This document shows, piece by piece, positions 25,197-25,644 of a stretch of DNA of 25,644 bases. A program made the position numbers and the translations under genes. Where the stretch lies: the IMG/VR virus record IMGVR_UViG_3300020352_000033, positions 1-25,644 of that record; one strand, given 5' to 3'. Numbering within the stretch: the stretch's first letter is position 1; each line of letters begins with the position of its first letter. The DNA comes from a virus. Taxonomy: Duplodnaviria > Caudoviricetes. The notes beneath the pieces were generated by a model. It saw only the letters and a program-made list of their open reading frames with translations. It searched no databases and was not told the DNA's origin.

Positions 25197-25644
25197 CCTT
25201 TAGCTACTTTAAACATTATATTTTCATCAAAAACTTTTACTTGACCCCCAATTGATGTTTTTATTAAAATTGTATAATATCTTTCAGGTTCTAAACCATT
25301 ACAATATAAATCAAAATAACTTGAAGTATCATCTGCACTTATTCTTGTATATTCATTATCAAATTCAATTACAAATTCATTAGTTTCTGTATCTTTAATA
25401 GCATATAAAGATTGAGATTCCGGTAAATAATAATTAGTTGTGTATAGAGATGATGTTAAAAAGGCTCTATCAGGATATTTAGGCAACGCTGCAAATCTTA
25501 ATCTAGGAATACTTTCTGAATAATATGTTCCTAAGTTATTATATACCGAGATAAAACTTTCTACTTGTGGTAGGATTGTATTTGTAGATGATCCTGTATT
25601 AAAAATATAATCATTAAATCTAAATTCTAATTGTGGGGGATATA
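25193..25644 (-). CDS. 3' part of a larger virion protein (5'-truncated by the window edge)
   Basis: Frame stays open upstream of the TTG at 25486 to the window edge (..YPPQLEFRFNDYIFNTGSSTNTILPQ..). Confidence 0.75.
   Translation of the reverse strand, partial: YPPQLEFRFNDYIFNTGSSTNTILPQVESFISVYNNLGTYYSESIPRLRFAALPKYPDRAFLTSSLYTTNYYLPESQSLYAIKDTETNEFVIEFDNEYTRISADDTSSYFDLYCNGLEPERYYTILIKTSIGGQVKVFDENIMFKVAKG

Noticed and set aside
25193-25486. 97-aa protein starting at TTG 25486
   Set aside because: The frame is open to the window edge, so this is the tail of a longer gene
1-25644. Stop-codon reassignment
   Set aside because: Genes tile densely under the standard code, and TAA, TGA and TAG (7184) all fall at sensible gene ends

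Overview
AT-rich, gene-dense fragment of a large tailed dsDNA phage, with every real gene on the minus strand. The host is probably Bacteroidota, inferred from A-rich starts without Shine-Dalgarno motifs and an Hc1-like gene. In transcription order (right to left) there are three blocks. (1) A baseplate/tail module, including a 2679-aa protein with an embedded Hint self-cleavage domain and two paralogous tail/baseplate proteins. (2) A GIY-YIG nuclease, DNA primase and PD-(D/E)xK exonuclease. (3) An ~11.8-kb cluster of modular proteins whose N-termini and domain junctions repeatedly carry [LIVM]-x-E motifs resembling T4 gp21 prohead-protease sites. This cluster includes a zeta-like kinase, a 668-aa nucleotidyltransferase/putative RNase/metallopeptidase/Zn-ribbon/HAD fusion, a nuclease, basic DNA-binding modules, an Hc1-like protein missed by the ORF track and a 22-aa 9-Cys peptide. 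The main hypotheses are a capsid-packaged polyprotein cargo system and a pervasive [ST]-[GAQS]-S motif in outer virion proteins that may be a modification sequon. All family calls come from motif recognition; no searches were run. No tRNA, rRNA or CRISPR array was seen.
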